Shown here: positions 1 through 10,278 of the stretch, piece by piece | How the letters are laid out: every line of letters begins with the position of its first letter | Position numbering within the stretch: position 1 is the stretch's first letter | IMG/VR virus record: IMGVR_UViG_3300015607_004160 | Reading direction: 5' to 3' (one strand) | From: a virus | Taxonomy: Duplodnaviria; Caudoviricetes | DNA length: 64,000 bases | The notes under the pieces: model-generated | Told to the model about the DNA's origin: nothing | Databases searched by the model: none | The model's input: only the letters and a program-made list of their open reading frames with translations | Position numbers and translations under genes: made by a program

Positions 1-84
1 GATGACAGATTTGATGAAAATGGTGAAAATGTAGAAGAAATTTTTGATAAAATTAGAAATACATATCCTGGATATTCTTTATAA
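1..84 (+). CDS. 3' end of a CDS truncated by the window edge
   Basis: Frame 1 is open (DDRFDENGENVEEIFDKIRNTYPGYSL) to TAA at 82-84. Confidence 0.5.
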   Translation, partial: DDRFDENGENVEEIFDKIRNTYPGYSL

Positions 85-96
85 ATATATACCTAT

Positions 97-1020
97 ATGA
101 AAATTAGAAATTTTTCTGAGTTTATTACAGAGGCATTAGGAATTGATAAGGACATCGAATCACAAGCACAAGAAATTTATAAGAAGATAAAGCATTCTAA
201 TAAAAATGAATTTAGTTTCATATTATATGAAACATCAGGAAATTACTTTTTTAAATTAATCATAGGTAAATTTGATAAAACTGCATCAGGTAGATTTATT
301 ATATCAGACGATAATAAGGAAATGACTGTTCTACTTAAAGATAGAAATGATTATTCCACATTACTTCATGAAATGAAGCATTTATCAAGGGCCATTAAAA
401 ATAAGGGTAGTCACTTTAATGATTTTATATACAAAACACATAAGTTAATTAGTAATATGGATCTTAAGGATAAGGATCCAATTAAGGCTCAAAAACAAAT
501 ATTTTATGTTTATGATAAAGATGAATTTGAAGCCAAATATCATGGGTATTATGTTGATCTTGATATTTATCTAAAGAAAATAGTCGATATAAAAAAACAA
601 TCACCTAATGACAAATCCGTATCAAAAGATTTCATTATAGATGTAATTAAAGGATTTTTAAATACCTGTGATGATATGACATACACTTGGTGGGTTGGAT
701 ATTTTAATGGGGAAAAAGTAAGTAAAGAGTTTAATTTTTCAAACTATTTAAAAGAAAGTGATATTAATCGTCTTTTTTATCTTATAACTAAAAAAGATTT
801 TAAACCAGGATATTCTTATACTGATATGTTTAAAGAGATATATTTTGACTTAAAAAACATTCTAAAAACTAAGATGAACATATATTCTAAAGAAGATAAA
901 GTGTTAATACAAAAATATAGAAAATCTTTTGAATTAGAAATAAATAAAAGAAAGAAGGTATTTTCTAAAAAGTTCTATCGTCTCTTCTCAATAATGGTTG
1001 ATAAATACGCAGATTCTTAA
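97..1020 (+). CDS. Putative zincin metallopeptidase-like protein with N-terminal CTS-like peptide
   Basis: HEMKH (HExxH) followed by DEFEA; starts MKIRNFSEFITE. Confidence 0.55.
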   Translation: MKIRNFSEFITEALGIDKDIESQAQEIYKKIKHSNKNEFSFILYETSGNYFFKLIIGKFDKTASGRFIISDDNKEMTVLLKDRNDYSTLLHEMKHLSRAIKNKGSHFNDFIYKTHKLISNMDLKDKDPIKAQKQIFYVYDKDEFEAKYHGYYVDLDIYLKKIVDIKKQSPNDKSVSKDFIIDVIKGFLNTCDDMTYTWWVGYFNGEKVSKEFNFSNYLKESDINRLFYLITKKDFKPGYSYTDMFKEIYFDLKNILKTKMNIYSKEDKVLIQKYRKSFELEINKRKKVFSKKFYRLFSIMVDKYADS

Positions 1021-1328
1021 GATAATATTTTTCCCAATTTAATATCTCTTAGTTGTGATAATAACAAATTTACTCTTGACATATCTATATCATCAAGTAT
1101 CTTCTTTTTGTTTTTAGAGATATATTCATAATCCAACACATAGTTTTCTTCATTGGTTTCAATGCATCCACTATCTAAAGTCAAGACAAATACTCTGATT
1201 AATTCATCAGTTCCTTCTTTATCAATCGTAGTATAATTTTTATTCCATCTATTTATAACCACAGTGTCATCATTCGGTATATAACTGACTTCTTTCCCTA
1301 TTAGTTCAGATAGTAAATTTAAACTCAT
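1017..1328 (-). CDS. Hypothetical protein with C-terminal RDxK-type motif
   Basis: 103 aa ORF ending RDIKLGKILS; TATATTTG just upstream. Confidence 0.7.
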   Translation of the reverse strand: MSLNLLSELIGKEVSYIPNDDTVVINRWNKNYTTIDKEGTDELIRVFVLTLDSGCIETNEENYVLDYEYISKNKKKILDDIDMSRVNLLLSQLRDIKLGKILS

Positions 1329-1332
1329 ATTA

Positions 1333-1340
1333 CAAATATA
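1333..1340 (-). promoter_or_regulatory. Bacteroidota-type -7 promoter element (TAnnTTTG)
   Basis: TATATTTG on the minus strand, 4 nt before the ATG at 1328; similar sites at 25568, 52531 and 53893. Confidence 0.55.
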
Positions 1341-1346
1341 AGAAAA

Positions 1347-2207
1347 TTAGTTGAATTTGATATTTAGCATACCATGTAATAATATGGGATTTGGATTCCT
1401 AACAGTATTTCTTATGATATTACCATCTTCATCTTCAATTTCACCATCATACCATTGACGGTAAGTATATGAATCGTGATAAGCAGATTCAACACTACAT
1501 GGATGTATATAACTAAATCTTCTTTTTATTCTATTTGATATTGAATCATCTACCCAATTTGCAGAAAACTGCTTTTGATTCCATCCATCCATTGTTAAGC
1601 AATATTCGGTATCATTTTCCCAATAAGTTGCATATTCTCTATGATAAATATCAATATTTACGAGAGGCTTCATTAATAAAAAATATTTAAAATAATTTGT
1701 AACATGAACTTTTCTGCTTCTTGGTTGTGATATCCAAAATTTGTTATTATTCTTTCTTTCCTCTCTTTGTTTATCCGCCAATCTATGTGACTCTTTGTTT
1801 ATTTTTTTAACAAATGATAGTAACGATGATAATAAATATTGTTGCTTATCATTAGCATTATCATAATTATCACCAAATAAAAAATTGGTATCAATATCTC
1901 CATGAACATATAAATAATAATGTTTCTTCGGTAAAAAGACTCCTATATTTATTTTATATGTATATTGGCTTGATTCAAAAAACTCAAGTAATATATCATC
2001 TATATAATCTTTTGAAAATCTATTATAGAAGCTATAAATTTCATCTACTTTACGATAAATTTGATCAACAATATCATGTATTCCTGTTAATTCACCAAGT
2101 TCCTTTTCGGTAGATCTGGAGATATAACCAGTATTCTCAATACGTTTACATATCTGATCAATCCTATTTTCAGAGTCAAACTCATTTAGTTCTAATAGAT
2201 ATCTCAT
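1347..2207 (-). CDS. Hypothetical protein, CTS-like N-terminus
   Basis: 286 aa, starts MRYLLELNEF; coupled to the upstream ORF by overlap. Confidence 0.7.
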   Translation of the reverse strand: MRYLLELNEFDSENRIDQICKRIENTGYISRSTEKELGELTGIHDIVDQIYRKVDEIYSFYNRFSKDYIDDILLEFFESSQYTYKINIGVFLPKKHYYLYVHGDIDTNFLFGDNYDNANDKQQYLLSSLLSFVKKINKESHRLADKQREERKNNNKFWISQPRSRKVHVTNYFKYFLLMKPLVNIDIYHREYATYWENDTEYCLTMDGWNQKQFSANWVDDSISNRIKRRFSYIHPCSVESAYHDSYTYRQWYDGEIEDEDGNIIRNTVRNPNPILLHGMLNIKFN

Positions 2208-2842
2208 TTTGAGTTTATAGCATTTTTTATTTGTATTTTACATCTTCTGATTATTTTTGAAACCTCCTCAGTCTCATTTTCAAAGTCCATATCATTAAGA
2301 CTCTCAATTTCTCTTAGTATATCTTCGTCTGACTTTGGGGTTTCCCCGGCATATCTACTAGTTTTTATTCTATTTTTCTCTACACCTGTTTCATTAACCC
2401 ATTCTAATATTTCAAATAATTTATTAGTTAAAAATTGAATTGTCTTTGTATCAATATCATTTATTTCGTTAATATTTTTATCATATATTTTCTTTTGATT
2501 ATCTAAAAATGAAACTAAAATTGCCTTATTTTCAGCTTGAAACATATAAAATTGTTTATAATCAGATACATCTTTATCTTCATATCCACCTCCTCTTTTT
2601 CGAATTCTTCTAGTCTTTCTGTTATAAAATACATAATTTTTATAATGAGCATACGTTCTTTCTATCCTATCTAGCATAATTCTAATTTCATTGAGATTTT
2701 TAGCACTATCACTATAATATACATTAATAAAAGCTAATATATCTTCATTGGGCTTATTCTTCTTCACCATATCTTTCAACGAATTCAACGCCTTTTGATA
2801 GTCCTCAATAGAATATGCTTCAAATATTTTTAAATATTTCAT
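2204..2842 (-). CDS. Hypothetical protein, CTS-like N-terminus
   Basis: 212 aa, starts MKYLKIFEAY. Confidence 0.75.
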   Translation of the reverse strand: MKYLKIFEAYSIEDYQKALNSLKDMVKKNKPNEDILAFINVYYSDSAKNLNEIRIMLDRIERTYAHYKNYVFYNRKTRRIRKRGGGYEDKDVSDYKQFYMFQAENKAILVSFLDNQKKIYDKNINEINDIDTKTIQFLTNKLFEILEWVNETGVEKNRIKTSRYAGETPKSDEDILREIESLNDMDFENETEEVSKIIRRCKIQIKNAINSK

Positions 2843-2846
2843 TATT

Positions 2847-2868
2847 TATATATTAAAATTAATATATA
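2847..2868. promoter_or_regulatory. Back-to-back putative late promoters (TTAATATATA on each strand)
   Basis: TATATATTAA-AA-TTAATATATA between the divergent ATGs at 2842 and 2874. Confidence 0.6.
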
Positions 2869-2873
2869 AATAT

Positions 2874-3686
2874 ATGGAAATAAAGAACTTTTTATCATTT
2901 ACTGAATCACTATACTCAATGGCGGCATCTATAGCACCTAGTAATTATAGCAAACCAGTTCGTAATGATGAATATATTGTTAAAGGAGTTGTAATAGAAT
3001 TTCCAGATACAACACAATTACTATTTGAAGTCGTCAGAGAAGATTACTTCTCAGATAAAATAAACTATACAATATCTACTCCGAGAAATGAAAATCCACT
3101 TTGGAGGGTAAGTAGAGACTATAAACTAACTCCACTAAATACGATACAGCAATTTTATATTGATGTATTCGGAGATTCGATACAGATGGAAAACTACCAA
3201 GAATTTGTATTTGTAAGATGCTGGAATACACCAGCTGATTTTGTAGAAAATAATTGGGAGGGATTTATTTTTAAATCCAATTCAGATAGTGGATTTTATG
3301 AAATAAGAATGAAATTTGTTATTATAAGTAATAGTTTAGATAGATCACAGTATCCTACATACACACCTGAATATTTTAGAAATTCATACTTAGATAAAAA
3401 TACAACAATGTGGGCAATAAGACACTTTCATCAAGAATTACCAAATGGAATAGCATATAGAGATTTAATGATATTAAAAAGAAAATTTGAGTCATATTTA
3501 ATAAATATAGATGAAACAAAATCAATAGTAAATCTTAGAGAAGCAAAAGTTGAAGGAATTAGTTTATTATCATTGATATATGCACTTAGTCTAAGAGATA
3601 ATAATATATTAAAAAATCTGAAATTAACTAGTAATAATATCAATCAGTGTCCTACTAATAAATTATTAGACACTTTATTTTTATAA
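2874..3686 (+). CDS. Hypothetical protein, CTS-like N-terminus
   Basis: 270 aa, starts MEIKNFLSFTES. Confidence 0.7.
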   Translation: MEIKNFLSFTESLYSMAASIAPSNYSKPVRNDEYIVKGVVIEFPDTTQLLFEVVREDYFSDKINYTISTPRNENPLWRVSRDYKLTPLNTIQQFYIDVFGDSIQMENYQEFVFVRCWNTPADFVENNWEGFIFKSNSDSGFYEIRMKFVIISNSLDRSQYPTYTPEYFRNSYLDKNTTMWAIRHFHQELPNGIAYRDLMILKRKFESYLINIDETKSIVNLREAKVEGISLLSLIYALSLRDNNILKNLKLTSNNINQCPTNKLLDTLFL

Positions 3687-4385
3687 ATTTTTTTCTAGAA
3701 TATTTTGAATATTATCTAAATCCCAATAAGGAATTCTTATCAAATTTATTTTATTATTAATACAATATTTATTTTTAATTTGATCATTTTTATTTATATA
3801 ATCAAGATTTCCTTCTCCAAAATATTTGTTTTCCTGATAATGGTGTTCTCCATCATACTCAATGCAAATATTTATATCTGGTAAGTAAAAATCAAATCTT
3901 AGTTTCCTAATTCTTATGCAATCATCAAATTGATAATTTCTAATAAAATTAATGCTATTGTTTTCTAAATAAGATTTAATAGCATCCTCTCCTCTTGACG
4001 ATGAGTTACATTCTGGACATCCATGGCCATACTCATGATAATATAAATATTGTTTAAAGACACCATGATAATCACAAGTAATATTTATAAATCCTCTATT
4101 AATAGATATATCATTATATAAATACTTGTTATTATGTATTTTCTTTAAATTTTTAATTCTTTCTGATGATAGCTCGGTTAAACGATGATTATCCCTCGCA
4201 CATTTATCACATCCTTGCTTCATGTGTAGGTGGTTACTCGCTTTTATTTCAATATCACCATGATTTGGACAAATTATTATAATTTTACTTCTAACATTCT
4301 TAAAAATAGTTTTAGAATAATTAAATTTATTATTATGTACTTTATTACACATTTCTATAAATTCAACATTTGTTAACCTTCTCAT
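3681..4385 (-). CDS. Putative homing endonuclease (Zn-binding repeats + DUF559/Vsr-like PD-(D/E)xK domain)
   Basis: CPNHG..GCDKC and CDYHG..GCPEC repeats; LRFDFYLPDINICIEYDGEHH. Confidence 0.75.
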   Translation of the reverse strand: MRRLTNVEFIEMCNKVHNNKFNYSKTIFKNVRSKIIIICPNHGDIEIKASNHLHMKQGCDKCARDNHRLTELSSERIKNLKKIHNNKYLYNDISINRGFINITCDYHGVFKQYLYYHEYGHGCPECNSSSRGEDAIKSYLENNSINFIRNYQFDDCIRIRKLRFDFYLPDINICIEYDGEHHYQENKYFGEGNLDYINKNDQIKNKYCINNKINLIRIPYWDLDNIQNILEKNL

Positions 4386-4515
4386 TCTTCAATATTTTTT
4401 TTCTTTCTCTCTGCCTATATTTTTTTTCATTTCTTTTACAATTTACACAGCAATATTCCTTATCAGATCTACCTCCGAATATAGTCTCATTACAATTTCT
4501 ATATTTACATTTCAT
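4363..4515 (-). CDS. Small zinc-finger protein (50 aa; not in ORF track)
   Basis: Translated by hand: MKCKYRNCNETIFGGRSDKEYCCVNCKRNEKKYRQRERKK...; TTAATATATA at 4521-4530 directly upstream. Confidence 0.55.
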   Translation of the reverse strand: MKCKYRNCNETIFGGRSDKEYCCVNCKRNEKKYRQRERKKILKNEKVNKC

Positions 4516-4678
4516 AATCTTATATATTAAAATAATTGTCCTCCCAATAATATATTTTTTTGAGTTTTTATATTAAATATATACAGTAATAAGAATTAGA
4601 ATATTTAATGGAGACAAAAGATATTTTAATATATAATTTAATAACTTAAACAAGTTAAAACAAAAATAATATAAAGAG

Positions 4679-5296
4679 ATGCCGCTTCCTCATTTTACTC
4701 AACTTTTAATGACTGGTTCACCTGGTGGCCCAGGAACCAAGCCACAAGAGCCTGTTTACTTAAATCTATTCGAAATAACATTCATATTACCTACTATTTT
4801 GCAAGCGCAAGGTAGAGATCCAATTTTAATGCTTCAACAAGCTAACAGTGTTACTTTAGATTTAACTAAAGACATTGATATCAAAGATCAGAGGTTTAAA
4901 TACTCAACCAGAGCGTTCTTAACAACTCCAGGTCAAACACACATAGAATTTGATATTAAGTTTAACGTAAACGTTAATGATCAAAACTCAATGGAAACTT
5001 GGAATGTTTTAAAAGCATGGTATGATTTAGTATGGAATTCTCAAAATGGTACTTTACATTATAAATCAGATATCATTGGTACAATCATTGTTAACCAACA
5101 CGATAAAAAAGGTGTTGTATTAAGAAGAGTTACTTTCCAAAATGCCCAATTAAGAGGTATTGATGCTCCATCATTAGCTTGGAACTCAAATGAAATTTGG
5201 AGTGATGTGGGTGCTAAATTTGTAGCAGACTACTGGATTGATGAGTACATTGACGGAAACTTTACAATTCAACCTCCTTTGGTTCCTGGATATTAA
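4679..5296 (+). CDS. Tail tube protein (T4 gp19-like)
   Basis: EPVYLNLFEITF, LKAWYDLVWN, YKSDIIGTIIVNQHDKKG, F-ADYW C-terminus typical of T4-like tubes; TTAATATATA at 4626-4635. Confidence 0.8.
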   Translation: MPLPHFTQLLMTGSPGGPGTKPQEPVYLNLFEITFILPTILQAQGRDPILMLQQANSVTLDLTKDIDIKDQRFKYSTRAFLTTPGQTHIEFDIKFNVNVNDQNSMETWNVLKAWYDLVWNSQNGTLHYKSDIIGTIIVNQHDKKGVVLRRVTFQNAQLRGIDAPSLAWNSNEIWSDVGAKFVADYWIDEYIDGNFTIQPPLVPGY

Positions 5297-5327
5297 ACAA
5301 TTTATATTTTTTAATATATAATCTAAT

Positions 5328-6902
5328 ATGGATTATATTAAAGAAATATTATCAAATAAAAATAAAAACAAGAGTGAAAAATGGATAAGTGAAAACTTTC
5401 CTGTTTTTCACTCTTTTATTAATAGCTTGTTCTCTGAGATTACATGGAAAGAGAAGTTATATCTACACATCAATTCACTAACAATTCCACCCGTTTGCTA
5501 CTGTGGGGGTAAATTAAAATTTAAAAGCATACAAAAAGGTTATACTACTTTTTGCTCTACTAAATGTTTATCTAATGATCCTACTATAAAAAATAAAAGG
5601 ATGCAATCCTGTATTAAAAAATATGGTGTTGACAATCCTATGAAAGATACATATATTAAAGAGAAATATAATGAATCTATAATGGAAAAATATGGTGTTA
5701 ATAACATTTCTACATTATCAAATATCAAAAGCAAAGTAAGGGAGAGTAATTTAAAAAAGTATGGATTTGAGTATATATCACAAAGTCCAGATGCTAGGAT
5801 CAATTTATCAAAATCAATGACTAATAAATCTGAAGTCCTAAATAATATCCAAAATGATAAATTAAAATTGTATTTATCTGAAAAGGTTAAGAAATATAAT
5901 ATTCAATTTATATCAATAGTTGATTCATCAATTTATAAATTAAGATGTCAAGAAAATCATGAATTTTCCATTCACAAAAATATGTTAAATGATAGGATAT
6001 CTAATTCTAATACAATATGTACTGTCTGTAATAAAATTAGCAATGAATCAGATTCTCAAAATCAATTATATAACTTCATAAAATCTATTTATAGTAATAT
6101 TATTATACCTAATGATCGATCTGCAATAGGAATGGAAATAGATATTTACTTACCAGATATAAAATTAGGAATTGAGTTTAATGGGATATTTTGGCATTCG
6201 GATAAATATAAATCTAAGAAATATCATTTGGATAAGACAAATATGGCTGAAGATAAAGGCATAAAACTTATTCATATCTGGGAGGATGACTGGAAATTTA
6301 AAAGGGAAATAGTTGAATCAAGAATACGTAACACAATTGGTAAATCGTCTAGAATATGGGCTAGACTTTGCGAAGTTAGAGAAATAAGTTATAAGGAATC
6401 TATTTCATTTTTAAACAAAAATCACATTCAGGGAAATTGTATTTCAAAATATAGAATTGCACTCTTTTATAAAAATGAGATTGTAAGTATAATGACCTTT
6501 GGTAATTTAAGAAAATCACTAGGACAAAAAAGTAAAGATGGATCTTATGAACTATTAAGATTTTGTAATCGATTAAATACAACAATTGTTGGTGGAGCAT
6601 CAAAGTTATTTTCATTCTTTATTCGAAAATATTCACCAATAGATATAATAAGTTATGCTGATAGATGCTGGTCAAATGGAAATTTGTACAAAAGATTAGG
6701 ATTTTCTATGGATAAATTTACTGAACCAAATTACTATTATGTTATTAATGGTATTAGAAAAAATAGATTTAATTATACCAAAAGTAAATTAGTTAAAAAT
6801 GGATTTGATCCTCAAAAATCAGAATCTCAAATAATGAAAGAATTAGGATATAATAAAATATATGATAGTGGGAATATTAAATTTGTCTATACAAAAAAGT
6901 GA
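5328..6902 (+). CDS. Hef-like/PD-(D/E)xK homing endonuclease with C-terminal GNAT-like domain
   Basis: KYGV repeats, EIDIYLPDIKLGIEFNGIFWHS, HIWEDDW; paralog of 29136..30620. Confidence 0.75.
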   Translation: MDYIKEILSNKNKNKSEKWISENFPVFHSFINSLFSEITWKEKLYLHINSLTIPPVCYCGGKLKFKSIQKGYTTFCSTKCLSNDPTIKNKRMQSCIKKYGVDNPMKDTYIKEKYNESIMEKYGVNNISTLSNIKSKVRESNLKKYGFEYISQSPDARINLSKSMTNKSEVLNNIQNDKLKLYLSEKVKKYNIQFISIVDSSIYKLRCQENHEFSIHKNMLNDRISNSNTICTVCNKISNESDSQNQLYNFIKSIYSNIIIPNDRSAIGMEIDIYLPDIKLGIEFNGIFWHSDKYKSKKYHLDKTNMAEDKGIKLIHIWEDDWKFKREIVESRIRNTIGKSSRIWARLCEVREISYKESISFLNKNHIQGNCISKYRIALFYKNEIVSIMTFGNLRKSLGQKSKDGSYELLRFCNRLNTTIVGGASKLFSFFIRKYSPIDIISYADRCWSNGNLYKRLGFSMDKFTEPNYYYVINGIRKNRFNYTKSKLVKNGFDPQKSESQIMKELGYNKIYDSGNIKFVYTKK

Positions 6903-6920
6903 GAATTCTTTCTCACTTTT
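6895..6920. terminator. Bidirectional intrinsic terminator
   Basis: AAAAGTGAGAA-TTCT-TTCTCACTTTT between convergent genes. Confidence 0.7.
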
Positions 6921-7551
6921 ATTTGTTTAAAACATAATCTAATTTAATATCTCTAACTGTGGATTTTATCCATTGATCCGATGGCTTTTCATTCTCACCA
7001 TCAACATCCAAATCCCAATGCTCACCAGGAGACATATATTTACAATCATATGAATTATATACCTCCTCAGAATAATAACTATCATACTCAACTTCACCAA
7101 ATACGTTAGCGTAACATCCTATATCAGAACCTTCAACTGTATAATTAGAATACCCGTAGTCTTGTATATAACATAGTTGGCATGATAAGCAAGTTTTAAA
7201 CTTAGTAAAATAGTCTCTTGCTAATGTAAGATCATCCTCAATTAGTTTTTTAATATCACGAGTTCTCTTTGGATCTCTTAACTTATCTAAAAATTTGATA
7301 TGGTATTCACTACCAACATTTACACTTATTCTACTATTATATCCTTTTATATTAATAATATGTGTTTCAATTCGATATTTGCCTTTATCTATTGATATCA
7401 ATGATACACCACTGCCAAGTTTTCCCAAAGTAGCATATAGCCCCTGTTCTAATCCACTTGGTAATTCATCTAATATAAAATTAATGGTAGGAAATTTCAT
7501 TTCCTCACCTTTACCAGCACCTTTAACTCTTTTGCTTTGTATTTCTATCAT
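6919..7551 (-). CDS. Riboflavin kinase-like domain fused to a Cys-rich domain
   Basis: GAGKG..FPTIN, GLY, IETHI, FLDKLR..LIEDD resemble the RibF kinase domain; CLSCQLC; ends RDIKLDYVLNK. Confidence 0.6.
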   Translation of the reverse strand: MIEIQSKRVKGAGKGEEMKFPTINFILDELPSGLEQGLYATLGKLGSGVSLISIDKGKYRIETHIINIKGYNSRISVNVGSEYHIKFLDKLRDPKRTRDIKKLIEDDLTLARDYFTKFKTCLSCQLCYIQDYGYSNYTVEGSDIGCYANVFGEVEYDSYYSEEVYNSYDCKYMSPGEHWDLDVDGENEKPSDQWIKSTVRDIKLDYVLNK

Positions 7552-8210
7552 AATTCTAATTTATCCTTTATAAGATTTAATTTACCCTGTAAATCATAAC
7601 TTTTGTTCCAATCTGATCCCGAAATTAAATGGATAAATAAATAATCCATTGTGGACATTAATAATTCATCTTGATACATATGTCTTTCTGCAATTTCCTT
7701 TATTTTAAGATTATTATTTCGAATGTAATAATGCATATTACCACCTGTATCACAATTAAATCCATCAATATTTCCAGGATCAAATGACATTTGATTTTTA
7801 TTTCTAATATTATTAAGTATAATTAAACCGGGCCATGGGTATATTACATGTCCTTTAATATGATTTAAGCAAACTACATCACAATTTTCGTAATAGCTTT
7901 CATAAATATAATCTATAGGGAATATATCATGATCCATAATCATAATACTATCGCCATCATTTATAATACTTAATAAATATCTTAAAGCATGTTGATGTGA
8001 GGATGACCCAACAGAAGGAGATGTATTATTACAATCATAATATTTTATACCTAAATTATTTGTAATATTAACTATTTCCTTTTTAATATTGATATCAATA
8101 GAATTGTCTATTACTATAAATTCATGTTCAAATTTAACATATTTATCTATTGATGATTTCTGTATCTCAATATATTCTGGCTTATTATAATGTATTGAAA
8201 ATATTTTCAT
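7548..8210 (-). CDS. Putative GT-A glycosyltransferase
   Basis: FIVIDNS, IMIMDHDIF (DxD). Confidence 0.55.
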   Translation of the reverse strand: MKIFSIHYNKPEYIEIQKSSIDKYVKFEHEFIVIDNSIDINIKKEIVNITNNLGIKYYDCNNTSPSVGSSSHQHALRYLLSIINDGDSIMIMDHDIFPIDYIYESYYENCDVVCLNHIKGHVIYPWPGLIILNNIRNKNQMSFDPGNIDGFNCDTGGNMHYYIRNNNLKIKEIAERHMYQDELLMSTMDYLFIHLISGSDWNKSYDLQGKLNLIKDKLEL

Positions 8211-8211
8211 C

Positions 8212-8769
8212 TTATTTCTTTATTGCATATGCGATTCTTGTAACATCTTTTCCAGTTGATGAGTAAATATATGGTGGATTCGTAACTTGATATAAATCAT
8301 ATTCTGGATTACTTCCAAATGCATCCATTATACCATTATAAACACCATCTAAATCAGCATCATGATAAATAATATATTTAGAACCAGCTTTAATAGCTTG
8401 TAATGTTTCTTTATTTGCATTTTCATATGTATGATCACCATCTATAAACCAACAATCAATTGGATAATGAATACTAAAGTCATAGTTTAGTGAATCTCCT
8501 ACTATTTTAACTACACCTTGAGGACACATTTCTCCACATTTTCTTATATCTAATGTTATTATTTCAGAATCAGGGGAAGCATTTTTCATTATTAAACAAC
8601 CCCTACCTGTATTTGTTCCTATTTCGAAAATTCTTTTTGGTTTCCATTCAGATATTAAACAATGTATAATCAAGTAATCCTCAGTAAATCCAATAAATTC
8701 ATCATTTATTAGGGCATTTCTAATTAGATCATTGCTTGTTATTATGTCAGTATATTTTATTTTATTCAT
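8212..8769 (-). CDS. Class I SAM-dependent methyltransferase (Methyltransf_24-like)
   Basis: IFEIGTNTG, GDS, FIDGDHTYE, IIYHD. Confidence 0.8.
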   Translation of the reverse strand: MNKIKYTDIITSNDLIRNALINDEFIGFTEDYLIIHCLISEWKPKRIFEIGTNTGRGCLIMKNASPDSEIITLDIRKCGEMCPQGVVKIVGDSLNYDFSIHYPIDCWFIDGDHTYENANKETLQAIKAGSKYIIYHDADLDGVYNGIMDAFGSNPEYDLYQVTNPPYIYSSTGKDVTRIAYAIKK

Positions 8770-9470
8770 AATTTATATTTTTTTAATTCATCTTTAAAAA
8801 TATTTCTAAAGTTAGATGACCAATAAGTTCCAGTCGTTTTCATATAATAAACTTCTTCTTCCGATAAAGTATCAGGAGTAATATACCATGGTAAATGCCT
8901 ACAAGAATATGGCTCAGGTGACCTAACTGCTTGAAAGAAATTGTTACTGGTCATATTTTCTGGTGTATCACTCATAAACCCATCCCATTCTCTATTTCTA
9001 TCATAGATTGCAAATGTTGTATCAAGCTCAGAAAAATAGAATCCATATTCATCTTGTGGTCTCTGCCAAAATTTTATCTCCCAATCATATATCATTTTTG
9101 TATAATCATTCTTTGGTAAATCATCTATCTTAAGCGAAAATCCACTCTTTATAATATTTACATTTTTAAATCCTTTCATTAAAAAATTCAAAAAATCATC
9201 AGGGACATCATATATATCCAAGTCAGGATCGGTTAGTATATAGTGCTGATCTTTATAATCATTTAAAATTCCAGATCTGTAAAGGCATTTATGCCCTAAA
9301 TTTTCTTTTAATCGATATACTTTATATGGACAGTCTTCATACCAATTCAATAATGGCTGATATGTGGAGTTATTATCTATAAATATAACATTTATATCAT
9401 GATCTGATAGAAATTCTGCCATCTTTTTTGGATTAGATAGCCTATTGTGCATTATTATAAAGCAATTCAT
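8766..9470 (-). CDS. Glycosyltransferase family 2-like
   Basis: IFIDNNSTYQPLL, NLGH, YILTDPDLD, DTTFA, HLPWY. Confidence 0.7.
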   Translation of the reverse strand: MNCFIIMHNRLSNPKKMAEFLSDHDINVIFIDNNSTYQPLLNWYEDCPYKVYRLKENLGHKCLYRSGILNDYKDQHYILTDPDLDIYDVPDDFLNFLMKGFKNVNIIKSGFSLKIDDLPKNDYTKMIYDWEIKFWQRPQDEYGFYFSELDTTFAIYDRNREWDGFMSDTPENMTSNNFFQAVRSPEPYSCRHLPWYITPDTLSEEEVYYMKTTGTYWSSNFRNIFKDELKKYKL

Positions 9471-9471
9471 A

Positions 9472-10254
9472 TTACATTTCGTGTTTTATCCAATAACTTG
9501 GTAGAAAGTCTTCTACTGTATAAAAGGATCTTTCTGGTAACCTTGGATATAAGTGATATTCTTTTCCAGGTTGATATATAGATTGTATCATATATAGTAA
9601 GGAAGTTGATACGGTACTAACCTTTCGAGCACCCTCTATTATACCACACCAATCTATCATAGTATAATCATCTATTTTGTTCATTTGTATTAAAGGTAAA
9701 TCACATTTAACAATTTCATCTAGTCCTAAATTTACATTTAAGCTATTTTGAAAAAATGGATTATAAAAGTCATATTCGGTTATATCATTTAATACAAGTT
9801 GTTTCAATTTTTCTTCTCTTTCATAGTTTCTTGTAAATTTAATACTTTCCCATTGTTCAACTGGTAGTCCTAAAACTCTATATTTATCACTCATCCAATA
9901 TCTTGAAGCGGATGAGTCATGTGGTCTTAAATCTCTAAATATTTGATCAGAAAATCTTGTTGGTAAGTATAGTGTATCTTCAATAATATTACCATTTAAT
10001 ATTAATAATCCATGTTCAAATCTTTCATAATCTATGTTATATTCAGACATTTTTTTAAAATGAACATAATTAATATGTTCTTGTATCCATATGTATCCAT
10101 CTTGAATTGGAGCTATAACTTCCAATCCTAAATCATGTAGATATCTATAAATAGGCTCAATAAAGAGTATATCACCAAGTCCAAAAAACTGATTGAGTAC
10201 AACTTTTTTAACATTTGGATTTTCTTCAAGAAATTGTTTTACATCTATTGTCAT
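9472..10254 (-). CDS. Putative GT-B (GT9-like) glycosyltransferase
   Basis: N-terminal GLGDILF, late IIEGA..VSTS; glycosylation-cluster context. Confidence 0.5.
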   Translation of the reverse strand: MTIDVKQFLEENPNVKKVVLNQFFGLGDILFIEPIYRYLHDLGLEVIAPIQDGYIWIQEHINYVHFKKMSEYNIDYERFEHGLLILNGNIIEDTLYLPTRFSDQIFRDLRPHDSSASRYWMSDKYRVLGLPVEQWESIKFTRNYEREEKLKQLVLNDITEYDFYNPFFQNSLNVNLGLDEIVKCDLPLIQMNKIDDYTMIDWCGIIEGARKVSTVSTSLLYMIQSIYQPGKEYHLYPRLPERSFYTVEDFLPSYWIKHEM

Positions 10255-10278
10255 ATAGATATATATAATTAAAATGAA

